Origin: Synechococcus sp.
GTDB taxonomy: Bacteria; Cyanobacteriota; Cyanobacteriia; PCC-6307; Cyanobiaceae
Reading direction: 5' to 3'
Assembly (NCBI GenBank): GCA_047286205.1
Contig: JBJBBR010000001.1
Span: 517,373-581,372 of the forward strand
DNA: 64,000 nt
A program made the position numbers and the translations under genes. Positions 16,276 to 28,374 of the stretch are shown here, piece by piece. How positions within the stretch are numbered: position 1 is the first letter of the stretch; every line of letters starts with the position of its first letter. The notes below the pieces were generated by a model. It did no database searches. It was not told where the DNA came from and was given only the letters and a program-made list of their open reading frames with translations.

Positions 16276-16354
16276 GAACAGTGAGTTGGTGCTGAGCCAA
16301 CCCTCCTCAATTCAGCGCTGATCCCTGATGCCACCGCTCAAAAGCAGGTGTGAT

Positions 16355-17572
16355 TTAGCTCACAGTGGACGCCGAACGACGTTCGGAAAGCTGACAGAAC
16401 CAGGCGATGTACTGCTCCGGTCCGTCAGGCATAAGCAGGTCAATCCGCAGGGGATCCTCTGGGTCGGTGATTCCTTGCAAGGTGCCATCGGCATGGCTGG
16501 GCCGATCCACTTCTCCATGGCTGCTGTCGACGAGAACAACGCGATTGGGTTGACCGCACCAGGAGCCGAGATCCTGCAGCAGGTTGAGGAAACCGCGATC
16601 ACTCCCCCCCCGTAACCAGCCCGTGGCATCAGCCGATGCCGTCGACGTCACGGTGTCGCCAACCCCCACCAGCAATGGCATTCGTTCCGCGGGTATCCGC
16701 TCCTTCACCAAAGCCAACAGCCCCTCGGAGTCGTGGGGAGCCGTTCTGACATTGAAGGAATCACCCAAGGGGGATTCACCCCAACGGCGCTGGATGTGCT
16801 GATTCAGCAGCACCAGAAGACCGGCCTCTTTGATGGACCCGGTGAGCATGAATTGAATGTCGGTGGTTCCCACATCACCGAAAGCAGATGGCTTGATCCG
16901 TTCCTGGCCTTGAGCATCACAGCCCAAATTGGGAGCCACATGCAGGAAGAACGATTCCTCCAATCCCTGATCTGCAGCCTCAGCAAGCAACTGGTGCATC
17001 AGCTCCGACAGCATCGCCTGAAGGGCCTGCTGAGCGGTCACATCAGCGGGGACAAGCGCAAAAACCCCGTTCAGATTGATGGTTGGTGAGACCTGGGTGT
17101 CCAACACCGCGGCTTTGGCAACCTTGGCCAGATCGTCAACACGCACCTGCGGCAGCAGGGCCGGGAGCCGCTCCATCAGCAGGGCTTCCATCCTGGTGGG
17201 GGCTGCAGCGAGGAAAGCCATTTCTTCCGACGAGACGCCGGGATGGCTCAGGTCGCCAAAGCGATCCTGCAGCTGCACCCCTCCAGCCGCCAGCCCCGGC
17301 AGATAACGGCCCTCGCGTTTGGGGAGATTGGGATCCGCCAGGGCCTGTTCCACGAGGCGGTTTACCCCGCGCCTGCCCTCGTGCTCACCATTGGTCAACA
17401 CAGCGAATTGGCCATCCAGGGAAGCGACAGCTTCCACATAGGAAGGATCCATGCGCCGCGTCAGTGGATCCTTCACCAGTTGCATGCAGACGCCATCCAG
17501 GTCCTGCACGATCAGCAGGTCTTCAGCACCAGTGAGCTCCTGCAGTAACTGGTCGGGTGTCAGACGGGGCAT
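16355..17572 (-). CDS. stpA: putative glucosylglycerol-phosphate phosphatase (StpA-like)
   Basis: The N-terminal ...AEDLLIVQDLDGVCMQLVKDPLTR... matches my recollection of Synechocystis StpA. Internal ATG (MPRLTPDQ) chosen over the 468-aa track ORF. Confidence 0.55.
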   Translation of the reverse strand: MPRLTPDQLLQELTGAEDLLIVQDLDGVCMQLVKDPLTRRMDPSYVEAVASLDGQFAVLTNGEHEGRRGVNRLVEQALADPNLPKREGRYLPGLAAGGVQLQDRFGDLSHPGVSSEEMAFLAAAPTRMEALLMERLPALLPQVRVDDLAKVAKAAVLDTQVSPTINLNGVFALVPADVTAQQALQAMLSELMHQLLAEAADQGLEESFFLHVAPNLGCDAQGQERIKPSAFGDVGTTDIQFMLTGSIKEAGLLVLLNQHIQRRWGESPLGDSFNVRTAPHDSEGLLALVKERIPAERMPLLVGVGDTVTSTASADATGWLRGGSDRGFLNLLQDLGSWCGQPNRVVLVDSSHGEVDRPSHADGTLQGITDPEDPLRIDLLMPDGPEQYIAWFCQLSERRSASTVS

Positions 17573-17684
17573 GGAGGTTGAGATCGGTCGCTTCAGACGA
17601 ATGCACAACGGTGCAATTTCTTCGCGCAACTCCTTAGTTCCAAACCAGTGAGAAGTCCAGTGGTGGAGGCAGGGAGAACCGCTG

Positions 17685-19055
17685 ATGGCAAGCAAAACGC
17701 CGCGACCAAGCCATCCGGCTAGCGAACATGGCGGCCTTGATGCTCCTGCCATGCACCCCACCTGGACCGAACAGTGGTGGCCGATCAGCTATGTGCAGGA
17801 CCTCGATCCCAAACAGCCGAGTCGTTTCACGCTCCTGGAGCGGGATCTGGTGATCTGGTGGGATCGCGCCGAATCGAGCTGGCGCGTCTTCCCCGACGTC
17901 TGCCCCCACCGCCTGGTTCCCCTCAGCGAAGGCCGGATCAACGACGAAGGGTTGCTCGAATGCCCCTATCACGGCTGGAGTTTCGATGGCAGCGGCCAGT
18001 GCCAGCGCGTGCCGCAGGCCCTCGACAACACCCAGCCCAACAACCGTCGCTCGCGCTGCGCCAGCCTGCCGACAGCCACGGGGCAGGGGCTGTTGTTTGT
18101 CTGGATGGGTGCCCCCGATGCCGCGGACCCCAGTCAGCTTCCCCTGGTCCCAGCACTGCAGGAGGACCCCGAAAGCTGGACGGTGCAAGACACCTTCCGC
18201 GATCTACCGATGGACGCCGTGACCCTGCTCGAGAACGTGCTGGATGTGAGCCATGTTCCCTTCACCCACCACAAAACGGTGGGCAAACGGGAGAACGCCT
18301 CGTCGGTGGAAGCCACGATCACAGGGGAAGACGCCAGCGGTTTCACGGCGTACTGGGAAGAGGGTCCGCGCCGGGGCAAGCTCGGCGCCCAATTCACCCG
18401 CTTACACGCCCCGCAGCTGATGTGGCATGACCTCACTGCCAAGGGCTTCGGGCGAATCCTCACGGTGGTCTACGCCGTCCCGATCCGCCGTGGCGAGTGC
18501 CGCCTGTTTGCCCGCTTCCCCTTCCAGTTCCAATCCGCCATCCCCCGCTTGTTGATCGGATTGCGTCCCCGCTGGTTGCAGCACATCGGCAACCACAAAG
18601 TGTTGGAAGACGATCAGGTGTTCCTGCACTGGCAGGAACGGGTGCTGGAACGGGCCGGCGGCAGCCCCGCCGTGGAACGCAGTTTTTTCATGCCCACAAC
18701 GGCAGACGTTTACGTGGCGGCCCTGCATCGCTGGTTGAACGCCAACGGTGGCGAGCCCTTTGCAGGACAACACCTGCCGCCCAGGCAAACCACCACCGCG
18801 CTGATGGATCGGTATGCCAGCCACACCATCAATTGCCGCAGCTGCTCTGCAGCGCTGGTGCGCATTCGCGCTGCCCGTCCATGGGCCTGGGCGCTGCTCT
18901 GGGGCTCCGCCGTTCTTGTGGGAATCGAACAAGGCAACACCTGGAGCAGCGTCGGCTTGGTGACCGCTGCACTCTCGGCCTTAGGACTGCGACAACTCAA
19001 CCGCTGGGAGCAGGGGCTGACCATCGGCAACGGCCTGCCCCCTCGCAACCTCTAA
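17685..19055 (+). CDS. Rieske [2Fe-2S] oxygenase, PAO/LLS1-like
   Basis: CPHRLVPLSEGRINDEGLLECPYHGWSF Rieske motif. C-terminal hydrophobic helices are typical of the PAO/Tic55 family. Confidence 0.85.
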   Translation: MASKTPRPSHPASEHGGLDAPAMHPTWTEQWWPISYVQDLDPKQPSRFTLLERDLVIWWDRAESSWRVFPDVCPHRLVPLSEGRINDEGLLECPYHGWSFDGSGQCQRVPQALDNTQPNNRRSRCASLPTATGQGLLFVWMGAPDAADPSQLPLVPALQEDPESWTVQDTFRDLPMDAVTLLENVLDVSHVPFTHHKTVGKRENASSVEATITGEDASGFTAYWEEGPRRGKLGAQFTRLHAPQLMWHDLTAKGFGRILTVVYAVPIRRGECRLFARFPFQFQSAIPRLLIGLRPRWLQHIGNHKVLEDDQVFLHWQERVLERAGGSPAVERSFFMPTTADVYVAALHRWLNANGGEPFAGQHLPPRQTTTALMDRYASHTINCRSCSAALVRIRAARPWAWALLWGSAVLVGIEQGNTWSSVGLVTAALSALGLRQLNRWEQGLTIGNGLPPRNL

Positions 19056-19508
19056 TCAGAGCCCCGGCACCGGAAGCAAGGTCGGCTTCACCTTGCCCTC
19101 AATATCGACCTTGCCGCCGATGGTGATTTTGTCTTCTACAGACACATCCGCTCGAACAGGCAGCGGTTGATCAGTCGTGACGGACAGCTGCCCTTCCACC
19201 CCACTGACCCGTGCATCAGCATTCACCGTCACTGCCCCCGCAATCGATTTCACCGAAACGGGACCTTCAATCGCAAGTGGTGCGTCTCCTGAGATGGTCA
19301 CCGGCTCCTGAACCAGAACCGGCAAAGGGGTGTCAGATCTGATGGTGATGCTGGGGGGAAGCACCAGCTTGTCGACCTGCAATCCACCCTCAATGGCGAT
19401 GGGGATGGGCCGACTCAACAACTTTGCTGCGGTGACCGCCAGAACCAGGCTGGACAAAACAACCGCCGCAGGCCAGCGGTACGCCATCAGCAGATCACGG
19501 CTGGTCAC
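19056..19508 (-). CDS. membrane-anchored hypothetical protein
   Basis: N-terminal TM helix AAVVLSSLVLAVTAA, then a Val/Pro/Ile-rich, beta-rich region. Confidence 0.5.
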   Translation of the reverse strand: MTSRDLLMAYRWPAAVVLSSLVLAVTAAKLLSRPIPIAIEGGLQVDKLVLPPSITIRSDTPLPVLVQEPVTISGDAPLAIEGPVSVKSIAGAVTVNADARVSGVEGQLSVTTDQPLPVRADVSVEDKITIGGKVDIEGKVKPTLLPVPGL

Positions 19509-19810
19509 AGACCTAGAGGCAATGGTTTGAGCGCATTACAGCGTGTTTGGACCGGGCCTGCCCGTGATCACACCGCCACTGCCACTTCAGTCATGAAGCT
19601 GTTGCACAAAACAAATGACGATCCTGAGTGTTTTCCAACAAATGGAATATTTCTTACGCTCCGAAGTATCAAAGTTGGATGTCACATTTCCAAGCCAACT
19701 GAATCGCAATCAAAGCATCGATCATTGATATCAACACAATCCAGGGCATGTGCAGTACATACGCAACGGTGGCCCCCAAGAGATACCATGGAGATCATTG
19801 AAAATCAGTG

Positions 19811-20374
19811 ATGACGCTTTATCTCTATGGCGGCCCCAAGACCCGTGTGTCGATGCCGAAATGGTACATGGCAGAGAAAGGGATTTCTTACGATTACGTC
19901 AACGTTGACCTGGCAGCTCGTCAAAATCTTGCACCGAGTTTTTTGGAGGTGAATCCGTTCGGCAAGTTGCCCGCCCTTAAAGACGACAGCAATGGATTGG
20001 TGCTGTTTGAGTCGGGCGCCATTCTCCAGTATCTCTCCGAGAATTACGTCGAAGAAGTCAAAGACCCAGCAACTCGCGCCTCAATCAGTCAGTGGATTCT
20101 TTTCGCCAACTCAACTCTGGCCATTGCCTTATTTGTTCCTTCCAACAAAGAGCGTGAGTTCCCGAGACTCATGGCGACTCTCAATGATCTCTACAGCAAG
20201 AAAAAGTTTCTCGTGGGCGAGTCTTGGACAGCAGCTGATTGCGCAGTCAATGCCTACCTCGGCTATCTCCCAATTTTTTATCCAAACGAAGACCTCTCAG
20301 CCTATCCAGAAATCCAGGCGCTCAATGAGCGAACCCGCTCCAACCAAAACTACAGACAGGCCATGGGGCTCTAA
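19811..20374 (+). CDS. glutathione S-transferase
   Basis: GKLPALKDDSNGLVLFESGAILQYL is the GST N-terminal thioredoxin-fold motif. Sits in an AT-richer islet. Confidence 0.8.
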   Translation: MTLYLYGGPKTRVSMPKWYMAEKGISYDYVNVDLAARQNLAPSFLEVNPFGKLPALKDDSNGLVLFESGAILQYLSENYVEEVKDPATRASISQWILFANSTLAIALFVPSNKEREFPRLMATLNDLYSKKKFLVGESWTAADCAVNAYLGYLPIFYPNEDLSAYPEIQALNERTRSNQNYRQAMGL

Positions 20375-20645
20375 TCGAATCCGAAGAACAATTCACTGGA
20401 GAGGAGCAGACCTACAGACCTCAATCTCAAGACCGGCATTTCCGATCGAAGAATGAATAAAAAAGAACAATCAGATCACCTTTATATATCTACCCAAAGC
20501 AATATCTACAAAAGAATTACACCCTGGAGAAGAGTCTTCATCTCCCGCCAATACAACGACCATGAATGATGCCCACACAGCAGAAGTCCTAGTTGTCTGT
20601 CTGCTGTGAGCAGTTTCACGGAGTGCGCTGCTTAGTCTTGCCGAC

Positions 20646-22160
20646 ATGCGCAACTCCTTCTTCGACCAGAGCCTGGACGCCGGAGCAATACGGCGGCGCG
20701 TGCAGGAACTGTCGACCGGAAAAGTGGGCTTCTACAGCGTCGGGCTTTATCCCGCTTCCCTGGCCTACAACTGCGCCATGCAGAACGCGGAAGGGCGTCT
20801 GCTGCTGGCCCCGCGCCCAGGCCGGGAACTCCTGGGAGCTTTCCCAAAAGACACCATTGCAACGATGGACGACGAGCACGTGGAGACCGTGCTCGAGATG
20901 GGTGGCCATCGCAACGGCGATGAACTGGTGGCCAACACCCTGAGCGATCTGATCGATCGCTGCGATCTCGTGGTGCTCAGCGCCAACAGCAACCACATCG
21001 AAGAAGACCTCAACCAAGCCTGTCGATTGCGGCAAGAGCTCAATCGAGAGCAGGTGGTGCTGGCCTGCCTGGCGGGATCCTTCAGCCACGACCCGATCAG
21101 CAACAGCGCCTATGTGCTGTGTGAACAACAGCCTGAGCTCGCCTTCTTCTCCGGCTTTCACCGCCATGGAGCTCTGCGCAACCCCTTCGACAGCTTCACA
21201 GCCAACTTCTGCCATCCCAATGCCCTGACAGCAATGTTGGGTGCCCAACTGATGGATCAACTGTCCCCCAACATCCAGGTCTCCGCGGGTGTCCACAACG
21301 TGGAAGGACAGTTCATCAAGGCCGCCAAAAACATGGCCTCGGTGTTCGCCGGCTTCGGCTACGGCTTCCATCAGGACAACCCCGGCGTGTTGCCGACTCT
21401 GCTGACCCTGCTGCTGAACCAGTGCCTGGATCAAGCGGCCACCGTTTCCATGGCACGACCCGACCGCCAAAGGCTCTATCACCGTCAGCCCTTTCCGCTC
21501 ACGGAACTTGGCTACGCCGTGCCAAGGATTGAATCCACACTGGTGCGAGACGGCGACTTCGAGCGGGTGCGGGACCACACCTTCAGCCAGCTCACGGCAA
21601 TGGTGGCCGATGTGCGAGGCAGCATGATGCTGCCGGTCTCCGGCAGCCCCACCCGCAACTTCCAAGCCGGGCAGGTGATGGCCCATGCCATGCGCGAACA
21701 GGGCCGTTGCCCCCATTCGATGGAGGAGTTGGAGCAGTGGTGTGAAGCCGCGGGCCTCCGCAAAGGAGGACTGGAAGGTTTGAAATCACTGCGCTACTGG
21801 CCACAAATCGCGCGCAAATATGCAATTCCAGCCAACGACGCGTCGATGGTGAATCTGCTGTACATGGCGATTTACGGGCGAGGGGGCGTGAAGGACACTG
21901 CCTACCGGGTGATGACGGAAAGCCGGGAACTCTCCAGCTATTGCCAGGAATCGGTGCGTCCAAGCCACAGCCGTCGCTATGCCGAAGCGCTGCAGAACCT
22001 CGACGTTCCCAAAGCCCTCGACCTCGTTGTGAACGCCGTGATTGCGGACAATGCCAATCAGGCCATGGTCAGAAAGATGGCTCTCAACGAGAACGGTGAG
22101 ACAGGAACTCCGGCTTATCTCGAATTGATGGATGTCATCGAAAGCCAGCTCGAGGTCTGA
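20646..22160 (+). CDS. GpsA-like (NAD-dependent glycerol-3-phosphate dehydrogenase fold) protein, divergent
   Basis: NVEGQFIKAAKNMASVFAGFGYG aligns by eye with GpsA ...[21 protein letters not shown]. The N-terminal dinucleotide loop is degenerate (GFYSVGLYPAS). 504 aa, longer than GpsA. Confidence 0.5.
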   Translation: MRNSFFDQSLDAGAIRRRVQELSTGKVGFYSVGLYPASLAYNCAMQNAEGRLLLAPRPGRELLGAFPKDTIATMDDEHVETVLEMGGHRNGDELVANTLSDLIDRCDLVVLSANSNHIEEDLNQACRLRQELNREQVVLACLAGSFSHDPISNSAYVLCEQQPELAFFSGFHRHGALRNPFDSFTANFCHPNALTAMLGAQLMDQLSPNIQVSAGVHNVEGQFIKAAKNMASVFAGFGYGFHQDNPGVLPTLLTLLLNQCLDQAATVSMARPDRQRLYHRQPFPLTELGYAVPRIESTLVRDGDFERVRDHTFSQLTAMVADVRGSMMLPVSGSPTRNFQAGQVMAHAMREQGRCPHSMEELEQWCEAAGLRKGGLEGLKSLRYWPQIARKYAIPANDASMVNLLYMAIYGRGGVKDTAYRVMTESRELSSYCQESVRPSHSRRYAEALQNLDVPKALDLVVNAVIADNANQAMVRKMALNENGETGTPAYLELMDVIESQLEV

Positions 22161-22230
22161 GTCGGCTGTTGTTCTGCACACCTGAACGGGGCAGAGCACC
22201 GGAAGACAGGCAAGGTGCGGCTTGAGACCC

Positions 22231-23361
22231 ATGCGACCGTTCATGACCGAGGCCCTGGAAGCCATCGCCGATCGCTTCCATCCTCGCGAGGGGATCAAAG
22301 CCATCCGCTCCCTGGGCTCCGGCAACGTGAACGAAACCTTCCTCGTGACCCATGAGGGACAGGATGGTGCCTTCGTCATGCAACGCCTGAACACGAGCGT
22401 GTTCGATCGTCCCGACCTGGTGATGCAGAACCTGCAGGCCCTGGGCAACCACATGGAACGCCGTCTCGCCTCTCCACCGCCACAACTAAAGGGACGGCGC
22501 TGGGAAGTGCCCAAGGTGGTCCCCTGTCGGAGGGAAGCGTCCCCCTGGATCGAACAAAACGGGGAGTTCTGGCGTTCCATCACCTACATCGGGGCAGCAA
22601 CCACCAGCGATGTCATTCGGGACAGGGACCACGCCCAAGAAGTGGGCTACGGACTGGGAATGTTCCACCACCTGATCAGCGACCTGCCCACCGATCAACT
22701 GGCAGACACTCTGGAAAATTTCCACGTCACGCCGGCCTACCTCAAACGCTTTGATGCCATCACCAGGGCCACGGACCGCATGGGCTCTGCCGAACGTGAT
22801 GCCTGCGCATTCATCGAGGAGCGTCGCCAGAACGTTGATGTACTGGAAGCGGCGCTCGCTCGCGGTGAACTCCAACACCGTCCCATCCACGGGGACCCGA
22901 AGATCAACAACGTGATGATCGATGAGACCAGCGGCCAAGCGATCGGCCTCATCGATCTGGATACGGTCAAACCGGGACTCGTTCACTACGACATCGGCGA
23001 CTGTGTGCGCTCCTGCTGCAATCCAGCCGGCGAAGAAACCCTCTGCCTGGACGACGTGCTCTTCGACATGGAGCTCTGTGAGGCGATTCTCACGGGCTAT
23101 CTATCTGTGGCGGGTGGATTCCTGAGTGACTGGGACCTTCACTATCTGCCCCATTGCATCCGTCTGATCCCTTTGGAACTGGGACTGCGGTTCCTGACGG
23201 ATCATCTGGAGGGCGACGTGTATTTCCGCTGCGATTGGCCTGGGCACAATCTGCAACGGGCCTTGGTGCAATTCCGACTCACCGAAGCGGTGGAACAACA
23301 GTTCAGCGCCTTGGAACAGCTCGTCGCGCGACTGAAGCGCCAGCAGGGCATAAACCACTGA
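22231..23361 (+). CDS. APH/choline-kinase-fold phosphotransferase
   Basis: SLGSGNVNETFLV nucleotide loop, HGDPKINNVM catalytic loop and IDLDTV metal-binding motif. Confidence 0.75.
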   Translation: MRPFMTEALEAIADRFHPREGIKAIRSLGSGNVNETFLVTHEGQDGAFVMQRLNTSVFDRPDLVMQNLQALGNHMERRLASPPPQLKGRRWEVPKVVPCRREASPWIEQNGEFWRSITYIGAATTSDVIRDRDHAQEVGYGLGMFHHLISDLPTDQLADTLENFHVTPAYLKRFDAITRATDRMGSAERDACAFIEERRQNVDVLEAALARGELQHRPIHGDPKINNVMIDETSGQAIGLIDLDTVKPGLVHYDIGDCVRSCCNPAGEETLCLDDVLFDMELCEAILTGYLSVAGGFLSDWDLHYLPHCIRLIPLELGLRFLTDHLEGDVYFRCDWPGHNLQRALVQFRLTEAVEQQFSALEQLVARLKRQQGINH

Positions 23362-23363
23362 AG

Positions 23364-23939
23364 ATGGCGCGTTCTGCCGTGATGCTGCGTCAGGCATGCC
23401 GACTGATTCCCTTTGAACGGTCCGTTCCACCTGGGATCCAGATCAGCGCCGAACTCGTCTGGCGGCGAGAGGGATGGCTGGAACTCAGCTATGGAGTGCT
23501 GGCCCGCGCAACCACGGGCATCCATGCTCTTCAGCTGCCGACGGGGCTGAAAGATGGTCCACAACAGGGGCAGCGCAAGGATGATCTCTGGACCACCACA
23601 TGTTTCGAGGCGTTTCTGGCCACGCCGGGCGAGCAGCGTTATTGGGAAATAAATCTGGCTCCCAATGGGGATTGGGCGATCTATCAATTTGATCGTTACC
23701 GCAGCGGCCAAACCCAGCAGGATGTCATCACACCCCCAACGGTGGCACTACAACGCGGGCCGCATCAACTGCGACTGGACGCCCGGATTGCGCTGGAGCC
23801 CTGGTGGATGCCACGGGGCTGCCCCGACCTCGCCCTGACGGCGGTGATCGACCGCGGGCAGGAGGGTCTGAGCCATTGGGCTCTCTGCCACGGGCGCAAG
23901 GCAGACTTTCACGACCGCAGCACCTTCCTTGCGGCCTGA
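23364..23939 (+). CDS. DOMON/CBM9-like hypothetical protein
   Basis: Internal ATG 2 nt after the kinase stop. DDLWTTTCFEAFLATPGEQRYWEINLAPNGDWAIYQF resembles the DOMON-like / carbohydrate-binding family 9 pattern (from memory). Confidence 0.5.
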   Translation: MARSAVMLRQACRLIPFERSVPPGIQISAELVWRREGWLELSYGVLARATTGIHALQLPTGLKDGPQQGQRKDDLWTTTCFEAFLATPGEQRYWEINLAPNGDWAIYQFDRYRSGQTQQDVITPPTVALQRGPHQLRLDARIALEPWWMPRGCPDLALTAVIDRGQEGLSHWALCHGRKADFHDRSTFLAA

Positions 23940-23978
23940 ACCGCACCGGTAGGGTCAGCACAGCGCCCTCGCATCACC

Positions 23979-24983
23979 ATGCGCAGCCGCAACGTGCTGA
24001 TGGTCTCGGCTCTTACGGGAACCCTGCTGGCAGGGCTGTGGCTGAAACCCAAACAGCCGCGGGCGGAAGCCGAAGCGGCGGTGACCAAGCCCGTGGTGGC
24101 AGGACCAGTGGTGACGGCGGCAGAGCTGGCGGCGCCGGTGGCGCTGCCAGCCCAAGAAACACAGCCAAAAATGCGCGACGGCAGGCTGTACCCCGTTGTG
24201 CCGACCGACACGGCCGAACTCGCAACGCTGCTGGCAGCTGTTGAAGAGGCGTTACGGGATCCAGCCACACCGGCCAATGCACTGCCTGATCTCGGGCATC
24301 AACAACAGGTGATCTACAGGGTCTTGTCAACGGACCAGACCAGAGCTCAGCAGGTCGTCAACGCCCTGCCTCCGCGCTGGCGCAGCGTGGCGGAACGGCA
24401 CCTGACAGCACGGCGCGAATTCGTGCGCATGAGCCGTGGCCGTGGACCAACCATGCTGCCCGCCTGGCGGATCATTAAGCCCGAACCGGCGGAGAAGCTG
24501 CTCAGCTTTTACCGCAAGGCCGAGGCGGCGACGGGAATCGAATGGGAGGTTCTGGCTGCCGTGAACCTCGTGGAAACAGGTATGGGACGCATCGATGGCG
24601 TCTCCGTGGCCAATGCCCAGGGGCCCATGCAGTTCCTGCCCACCACCTGGGCCGAACCGGGGATTGGCGCCGGAAACATCCGCGATCCCCATGACGCTAT
24701 CCAGGCTGCGGCGCGCTACCTGGTACGTCGGGGCGGACTGCAGGACATCCGCCGCGGCCTCTGGGGCTACAACAACAGCGATTACTACGGGCGCGCGGTG
24801 CTGCTCTACGCCTCGCTGATGCGGGAGGACCCTGCCGCCTACACCGGTCTGTACCACTGGGAGATCCACTTCAATGCAGCGGCCGGTGATCTCTGGTTGC
24901 CGGTGGGCTACAGCCAGCCGCAGCGCATCAGTGTTCAGGAGCATCTGAAGGCCAACCCCGCCAGCAGATCACCAAACCGGTGA
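23979..24983 (+). CDS. lytic transglycosylase (SLT-type)
   Basis: EVLAAVNLVETGMG...AQGPMQFLPTTWAEPG...DPHDAIQAAARYL. N-terminal membrane anchor. Confidence 0.8.
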   Translation: MRSRNVLMVSALTGTLLAGLWLKPKQPRAEAEAAVTKPVVAGPVVTAAELAAPVALPAQETQPKMRDGRLYPVVPTDTAELATLLAAVEEALRDPATPANALPDLGHQQQVIYRVLSTDQTRAQQVVNALPPRWRSVAERHLTARREFVRMSRGRGPTMLPAWRIIKPEPAEKLLSFYRKAEAATGIEWEVLAAVNLVETGMGRIDGVSVANAQGPMQFLPTTWAEPGIGAGNIRDPHDAIQAAARYLVRRGGLQDIRRGLWGYNNSDYYGRAVLLYASLMREDPAAYTGLYHWEIHFNAAAGDLWLPVGYSQPQRISVQEHLKANPASRSPNR

Positions 24984-25026
24984 GCATCGACACCTACGCT
25001 GAGGCTTGGCGTGATCCAGGAAGCGG

Positions 25027-27053
<2,027 letters not shown>

Positions 27054-27070
27054 ATGACAACCCAGCCCCC

Positions 27071-27964
27071 ATGGCGCTGATCCTTCCTGGCAATTACCAC
27101 AAAATCGCGGAGGTTGAACGCAACCGGATCTCCTGGATCGAGCCTGAACAGGCCGAACGCCAGGACATCCGGCCACTGCGCATTGGCATCCTGAACATCA
27201 TGCCGCTAGGCAAGCAGTACGAGTTCAACCTGCTGCACCCGTTGGGCCTTTCGGTGCTGCAGATCGAACCGATCTGGATTCGCCTCAACTCCCATGCCTA
27301 CAAGAGTTGGGATCAGAACCATCTCGACCAGCTGTATGTGAGCTGGGATGAGGCCTTGTCCCAGGGACCGCTGGATGGACTGATCATCACCGGTGCCCCC
27401 GTGGAGCATCTGCCGTTCGAACAGGTCAGTTACTGGGCCGAACTGGTCACGTTGATCGAGGAGGCGCGACACACCTGTGCCAGCACCCTGGGCCTCTGTT
27501 GGGCCGGTTTCGCTCTTGCCTACCTGGCCGGGGTGGACAAGGTGTCGTTCCCACAGAAACTGTTCGGGATCTACCCGATGCGCAGCCTCGTTCCAGGGCA
27601 TCCGTTGATGGGCACCCAAGACGATGATTTCGTCTGCCCTCAAAGCCGTCATGCCGGACTTCCCGATGCTGCTATGGAAGCCGCCGAACGGGATGGACGT
27701 TTGCGTCTGCTCGCCCACGGCGAACAAGTGGGTTACACCATTTTCGAGACCCCTGATCAGCGGCAGCTGATGCACCTGGGCCACCCCGAGTACAACGTGG
27801 GGCGAATCCTTGGCGAAATGGAACGTGACCGGGCCCGAGGGGATGTGCCGCCGCCGGAAAATTTTGATGCTGCCGAGCCCAAGACCCTCTGGCGATCCCA
27901 CCGGAACCTTCTGTTCCAACAGTGGCTCTGGTTCTGTTACCAGCGGGTCAGTCTTAAGGCCTGA
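27071..27964 (+). CDS. metA: homoserine O-acyltransferase, MetA type
   Basis: RPLRIGILNIMP..., CWAGFAL (active-site Cys region) and GHPEY. Confidence 0.9.
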   Translation: MALILPGNYHKIAEVERNRISWIEPEQAERQDIRPLRIGILNIMPLGKQYEFNLLHPLGLSVLQIEPIWIRLNSHAYKSWDQNHLDQLYVSWDEALSQGPLDGLIITGAPVEHLPFEQVSYWAELVTLIEEARHTCASTLGLCWAGFALAYLAGVDKVSFPQKLFGIYPMRSLVPGHPLMGTQDDDFVCPQSRHAGLPDAAMEAAERDGRLRLLAHGEQVGYTIFETPDQRQLMHLGHPEYNVGRILGEMERDRARGDVPPPENFDAAEPKTLWRSHRNLLFQQWLWFCYQRVSLKA

Positions 27965-27997
27965 TCCAGCTCAGCCATGGCAAGGGCCGGGTGACCC

Positions 27998-28315
27998 TCA
28001 AACGGTTGGTCTCGAGCTGGCTTCCAAGGTTGCTGAAGAATCAAGAGATGCAGAACTCGGGCGCTCTGCAGACTTGCGATTGAGTTCCCGCTCCAGTGAG
28101 GCGATGCGTCTTTCTCGAAGGCAGTGGCGGCATCCACCCAGGGTTTGAAGATGCTTTTCCGGTGTGATCGTGATCGGTTGAACCGGATGGTCTTTGCAGC
28201 GAATTTCTACTGGGCTCTTATAGCTGCGCCAGCGGATCAGGCTGTAGTCGAATTGATCACCGAAACGCTGAGCAGCGCGCTTGAGGAATTCGGCTTGGGT
28301 GATTCGGGCTCCCAT
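27998..28315 (-). CDS. stand-alone phage-like zinc-ribbon/DNA-binding module protein
   Basis: FLKRAAQRFGDQFDYSLIRWRSYKSPVEIRCKDHPVQPITITPEKHLQTLGGCRHC fits the pattern F..KA...HG.KYDYS.V.Y.....V.I.C..HG.F...P..HL.G.GC..C that I recall from phage and giant-virus endonuclease-associated proteins. ATG 28315 chosen, with an alternative GTG at 28372. Confidence 0.5.
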   Translation of the reverse strand: MGARITQAEFLKRAAQRFGDQFDYSLIRWRSYKSPVEIRCKDHPVQPITITPEKHLQTLGGCRHCLRERRIASLERELNRKSAERPSSASLDSSATLEASSRPTV

Positions 28316-28374
28316 GCCATTGAATTTATGGGACAGTCTCGGGGTGGAACCGACCTCGTCATCCGACGTCACGA

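Noticed and set aside
16355-17761. N-terminal extensions of several track ORFs (16355-17761, 10628-11326, 28950-29990, 43265-43759, 62024-62755, 36944-38257, 33860-34972, 44303-47677, 39946-41643)
   Set aside because: The extensions are Arg/Ser/Cys-rich, overlap neighbouring genes or the tRNA, and precede internal Met codons that align with the expected family N-termini or signal peptides. The shorter coordinates were used.
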